From Fibrobacterales bacterium (GTDB lineage Bacteria > Fibrobacterota > Fibrobacteria > Fibrobacterales > JAOPTW01): a stretch of 64,000 bases of DNA. Location of the stretch: NCBI GenBank assembly GCA_051532035.1, contig JAOPTW010000015.1, positions 160,001 through 224,000 on the forward strand. Direction: 5' to 3'. The stretch's first letter is position 1. Every line of letters starts with the position of its first letter. The notes beneath the pieces were generated by a model. That model did not search any database. It saw nothing but the letters and a program-made list of their open reading frames with translations, and was not told the DNA's origin. Shown here in pieces: positions 60,463-64,000 of this stretch. The position numbers were made by a program, and so were the translations under genes.

Positions 60463-61971
60463 CTATTCAGTAACCGCTTCAGTAGGTTTCGGTTCAAATC
60501 GTATATCATCGATAAATACATCACCCGAATCTGCAAACTGAATGAAAAAGGCCACTTTTAACTTTGAAAAGTCTGCTGACGTAAAGTGTGATAGTGGCAC
60601 ACGCACCGTCTCCCACTCCCAGATTTCTGATGCTCCAAATTTAAAAATATTTGCCATGACATCAACATCTTCGGGTTTTGCGGGGTCATATGTATCATCC
60701 TCTCTTGAACTCACCTTCACTTGCATATTATGCGCAGTGAGGACATCAAACACGAGGTCTTGATGCTTCCATGGACGTAAATCTCTTCTGAGGGCAAGGC
60801 CTTGTGCCTGCCAATCATCAGCCTCTAGAGAATCGAGCCAGTTGGGGAAATAGAAAAAGACACTTCCCGTTTCGAATTCTAGCGACTCATAAAAACCAAC
60901 AAAGAGTGAAGAGTCACCTTCAGTAACCAACGCCGGATCATCATCACGATACCTAACCATAGGAATATAATCAGTGTACTCCTTTTCTTCATACATTATA
61001 TCGGGGAAGTTCCCAATAAATCCACCACCCAACACATAGATTGAGTCTTGAAATTCAACGGGCTTCTGGTCCCAAAAGTTCACGGCATTTTCAACAGGGG
61101 TTTCACTAAAAATCATATACTTCATTTCGGTTGGTATAAAATCAGCTTCGGCGCTATCGAGCTGAATAGAGTCTTGAACATCCGTAGAGAGCAAGGTATT
61201 ATTTTTAAACTCGATGCGAATTTTAAAATCACCTTGAGGCATGTCATCAATAACGAAGCGACCATACTCATCGACATCAACACTTTTTTCGAGGCCGTAC
61301 ACTTTGGCAAATGCTTGTTCATTTTCGGGGACCTCAACGGCACCGGTAATTGAACCGTACTCTTTCAGAGTCATCTGTGTTGTTATCAATGTATCATCAG
61401 CACTTATAGATATTGGTTGAAAGGCCGAGTGGGTCTCATTGTTATTCACTTCAATATTATAGTTGCCAGGAAAAAGAGATACGAGAGAGAATCGACCCGC
61501 ACTGTCTGTTTTCACTACAACAGTCTCTGCTACCATGGACTTTTTAAAGAGGCCCTGCTCGGCAACCGATATTTTCCGAAGCAGCACCGGCTGCTCACCA
61601 TTACCCGCAAGGTAATCTTTGGTACGAATCAGTACCTCTGCAAATGGAGCTGGAGTACTATCACTATAGAGTGCAATACCTTCTAATCGAAATTCTTTTT
61701 CAATTGAACTACTCGATCCAATGATAATTCCTGATGAACTTGGCTGAGTCAAAGATGATGAAACTCCTCCACTACTTGACTGAGCAACAGAACTACTACT
61801 TACCGTAGCAATTGGATCTGTATTACCACATTCAGTAACACTGATAACGCCGCTATTACCACATTCAGTAACACCCGCGGTCTGTTCACTCACCGAACAA
61901 CCTGTTGTAAGAAGAACACTAAGAAATGTTGTCCCTAAAATAGTAGCCGGTTTTAATCCCATATATCGCAT
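60463..61971 (-). CDS. Lipoprotein with Ser-rich linker, carboxypeptidase-regulatory-like Ig domains and C-terminal CBM-like domain
   Basis: Lipobox LTTGC, VTECGN x2, TDSAGRF....PGNY.IE, GSITG.V, VYGLE..V.VD..GRF.I..MPQG. Confidence 0.75.
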   Translation of the reverse strand: MRYMGLKPATILGTTFLSVLLTTGCSVSEQTAGVTECGNSGVISVTECGNTDPIATVSSSSVAQSSSGGVSSSLTQPSSSGIIIGSSSSIEKEFRLEGIALYSDSTPAPFAEVLIRTKDYLAGNGEQPVLLRKISVAEQGLFKKSMVAETVVVKTDSAGRFSLVSLFPGNYNIEVNNNETHSAFQPISISADDTLITTQMTLKEYGSITGAVEVPENEQAFAKVYGLEKSVDVDEYGRFVIDDMPQGDFKIRIEFKNNTLLSTDVQDSIQLDSAEADFIPTEMKYMIFSETPVENAVNFWDQKPVEFQDSIYVLGGGFIGNFPDIMYEEKEYTDYIPMVRYRDDDPALVTEGDSSLFVGFYESLEFETGSVFFYFPNWLDSLEADDWQAQGLALRRDLRPWKHQDLVFDVLTAHNMQVKVSSREDDTYDPAKPEDVDVMANIFKFGASEIWEWETVRVPLSHFTSADFSKLKVAFFIQFADSGDVFIDDIRFEPKPTEAVTE

Positions 61972-61983
61972 ATACTGCTCCGG

Positions 61984-62829
61984 TTATTTCCCGTCTTTTG
62001 TCTCTGTCGTAACAGGGAAAAATTGAAAATTCAATTGATACACTCTTTGTAAATTGGTCTCTTCTACCGCTAGTTTTGCCAGACGCTTTCTAAAATACTG
62101 TATCTCCATCTTAATAAGATTGAAGGTATCTTCTGAAAGTGACATACTCAAGCAAGAAATATCACGCTCTTTTGCATTTACTTTGTTCAGGGCATTTTTA
62201 CCCATGTCCATTGTATCAAGCTGGAATTTCGCTGTATGAAGTGATTTCACCTCATCTCCGGTACTTATTGCACTATTAACCGGACGGTAGTACCCATCGT
62301 CATCCTTATCAATCAACGCCATATCGCTCAAGTAACGAATTGCTTCTTGTGCTTCACTTGCTTTGATTGCAGGAATCAATTTCTTTCCAAGTTTCGTGTG
62401 GTCTTCTGCAGTTTCTCCCTTGTAATTATAACTTTCAAGGAGCTCTCGGACAAACACATAGTACCATTTTGAAAAAAGACTCATCTTTTTCTTGTCAATC
62501 ACCTTCATTTTAACTTTTTGAAGGGTAACTAGACGATTAAAGTACTCATTCTTCTCTTCAATGGTTTTGGATTGGGTAAAGTAGACCAGTATTTCAAAAT
62601 ACTGCATCTCGTGTTTTTTAAACTTCAGTATCTTGGCAATTTTAGTTGCCTGGATATGGGTGAGGTTTTTACGCGCAGCAATAACATTCGACATAAACCC
62701 TGTTGACGTAATACCAAGCTCAGCTAGAATAAACTTATGCGTGATCTGAGAGGCAGGTTTTTTCTTTTCCTCTTTGAATAGATCTTTAAGGTACAGTCTA
62801 TAGTTTAAATAATCAAATACAATCGGCAT
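61984..62829 (-). CDS. TIGR02147-family protein (HTH + DUF4423-like)
   Basis: FDYLNYR.YLKD, G.MS.VI..RKNL, YFE.LV.F.Q, F.KWYY..VREL, ERDIS...S, VYQLNFQFFP. Confidence 0.88.
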   Translation of the reverse strand: MPIVFDYLNYRLYLKDLFKEEKKKPASQITHKFILAELGITSTGFMSNVIAARKNLTHIQATKIAKILKFKKHEMQYFEILVYFTQSKTIEEKNEYFNRLVTLQKVKMKVIDKKKMSLFSKWYYVFVRELLESYNYKGETAEDHTKLGKKLIPAIKASEAQEAIRYLSDMALIDKDDDGYYRPVNSAISTGDEVKSLHTAKFQLDTMDMGKNALNKVNAKERDISCLSMSLSEDTFNLIKMEIQYFRKRLAKLAVEETNLQRVYQLNFQFFPVTTETKDGK

Positions 62830-63145
62830 AGTGTGTTTCCTCGATGTGTTGCGTGTTTCCGACTCTTATTAAGGTACTATAAAAACAAGGGGTAAAGCAG
62901 AGCTAAAGTATTACTCATAGTAAGGAAAGTCGTGGCATCTCAACAACACTCAATAGGGTAAATATAGGTTTTTTGACAAAATTCGCTCATTTGTAACAGT
63001 ATTATATCCTCTGTTAGGTGCGAATTTACATTGAATTTTAGATGTTTTGGTAAGAATTTTTGAAGAGTCAAATTTCTCTAAATCAAGTGAAGCTTTAATG
63101 TATCTTTCACTCTATAGAACCCCCATTAACAGCGGAATTTTGGCT

Positions 63146-64000
63146 ATGCGTGTACTCTTCTATTTCTTTAAAAACGTCCATATACCCCTCTTTTTACCCA
63201 TTATTAAAGAATTACACACAAAAAGCCCCCATATTACCCTCTTTTTTGCCGCACCTGACGATAATCCCGCAATAAGAGAAGGGCTCTCTCCTGATGAAAA
63301 AAAGGCACTTGCTTCTCTGCCTGGAACGTGGCTCAGCTCTGTTAATGAGCAACAGTGTGACATTGCCCTCATGGCTGATTGTGTTGCTGATCGTCTTACC
63401 GGGCACAAAAAGGTGATCAATATTGGCCACGGGCTTATATCAAAAGGGCAGTATTATTGCGATAACCCTTTAATTGGACGAGAAAACTTAGCTGATGTCA
63501 TGTGTGTCCCCGGCCCTTGGCACAAACAAGAGCTTGAAAAATATGTGTACATACCCATTGAGGTGACCGGTATGTCGAAGCTCGATGAGCTTTTTACACT
63601 TCTTGATAAGCCCGCTCTCTGTGCGACCCTTTCTCTCGATCCCAATCGTCCCATTTTTCTCTGGGCACCGACTTTTAATTTTGAACTGAGCGGTATACCC
63701 GTACTCTGGACTCAAATCAGAAAATTAACCGCAATCGGGCAAGTGGTCATTAAAACTCACGGAACGACTGACCCATTTTTTGTACGAGAACTCACGCACC
63801 TTGCGCAAGCACACACTGACATTCATTTCATCACCGACCTTGACCCTACCCCTCTTATGAAAATCGCGGACCTCATGATCACCGATGTGAGCTCGGTAAT
63901 GTTTGAGTTTGCCGCACTTGATAAACCCATCGTACTCGTAAACAATCCACACATGGAAGAATACAAAAATTACCGGCCGCAAGATGTGGAGTATACAAAG
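63146..64000 (+). CDS. CDP-glycerol glycerophosphotransferase-family protein, partial (runs off the right edge)
   Basis: Open frame from ATG at 63146 (MRVLFYFFKNVHIP...): IGHGLISKG, CVPGPW, TGMSKLD, WAPTFN, KTHG, ADLMITDVSS; paralogue of 3115..4914. Confidence 0.8.
   Translation, partial: MRVLFYFFKNVHIPLFLPIIKELHTKSPHITLFFAAPDDNPAIREGLSPDEKKALASLPGTWLSSVNEQQCDIALMADCVADRLTGHKKVINIGHGLISKGQYYCDNPLIGRENLADVMCVPGPWHKQELEKYVYIPIEVTGMSKLDELFTLLDKPALCATLSLDPNRPIFLWAPTFNFELSGIPVLWTQIRKLTAIGQVVIKTHGTTDPFFVRELTHLAQAHTDIHFITDLDPTPLMKIADLMITDVSSVMFEFAALDKPIVLVNNPHMEEYKNYRPQDVEYTK

Noticed and set aside
63160..63982. Short minus-strand ORFs at the right edge
   Set aside because: Shadows of the partial + strand glycerophosphotransferase-family gene

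Overview
Bacterial chromosomal window, most likely Fibrobacterota or a relative (inferred from a TIGR02147-family gene, Ser-rich linkers and secreted proteins with CTD-like tails). It is dominated by cell-surface glycan genes. A minus-strand Wzx/Wzy-type EPS/capsule locus (wza-wzb-wzc-wzx, eight glycosyltransferases, an EpsG-like polymerase; ~40.6-56.6 kb) runs into an AT-rich block. Together they hold eight acyltransferase-3 paralogues, an MBOAT+SGNH O-acylation pair and two paralogous secreted beta-helix proteins. A separate pglF/pglC/pglD/pglE-like set, a UDP-glucuronate epimerase, GtrB-like and GT-C transferases and two CDP-glycerol glycerophosphotransferase-family genes lie around it. Also present are RNase R (partial), an omptin-like protease, an LruC lipoprotein, two M64 peptidases and a TIGR02147-lipoprotein module. 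Non-coding highlights are three related mosaic multi-hairpin intergenic elements (7.0, 20.1, 23.1 kb), whose neighbouring genes show a local + strand adenine depletion, and a recurring TAnnTTTG motif upstream of transcription units. No rRNA, tRNA, CRISPR array, integrase or intact transposase was seen. All product calls come from motif recognition by eye, without database searches.
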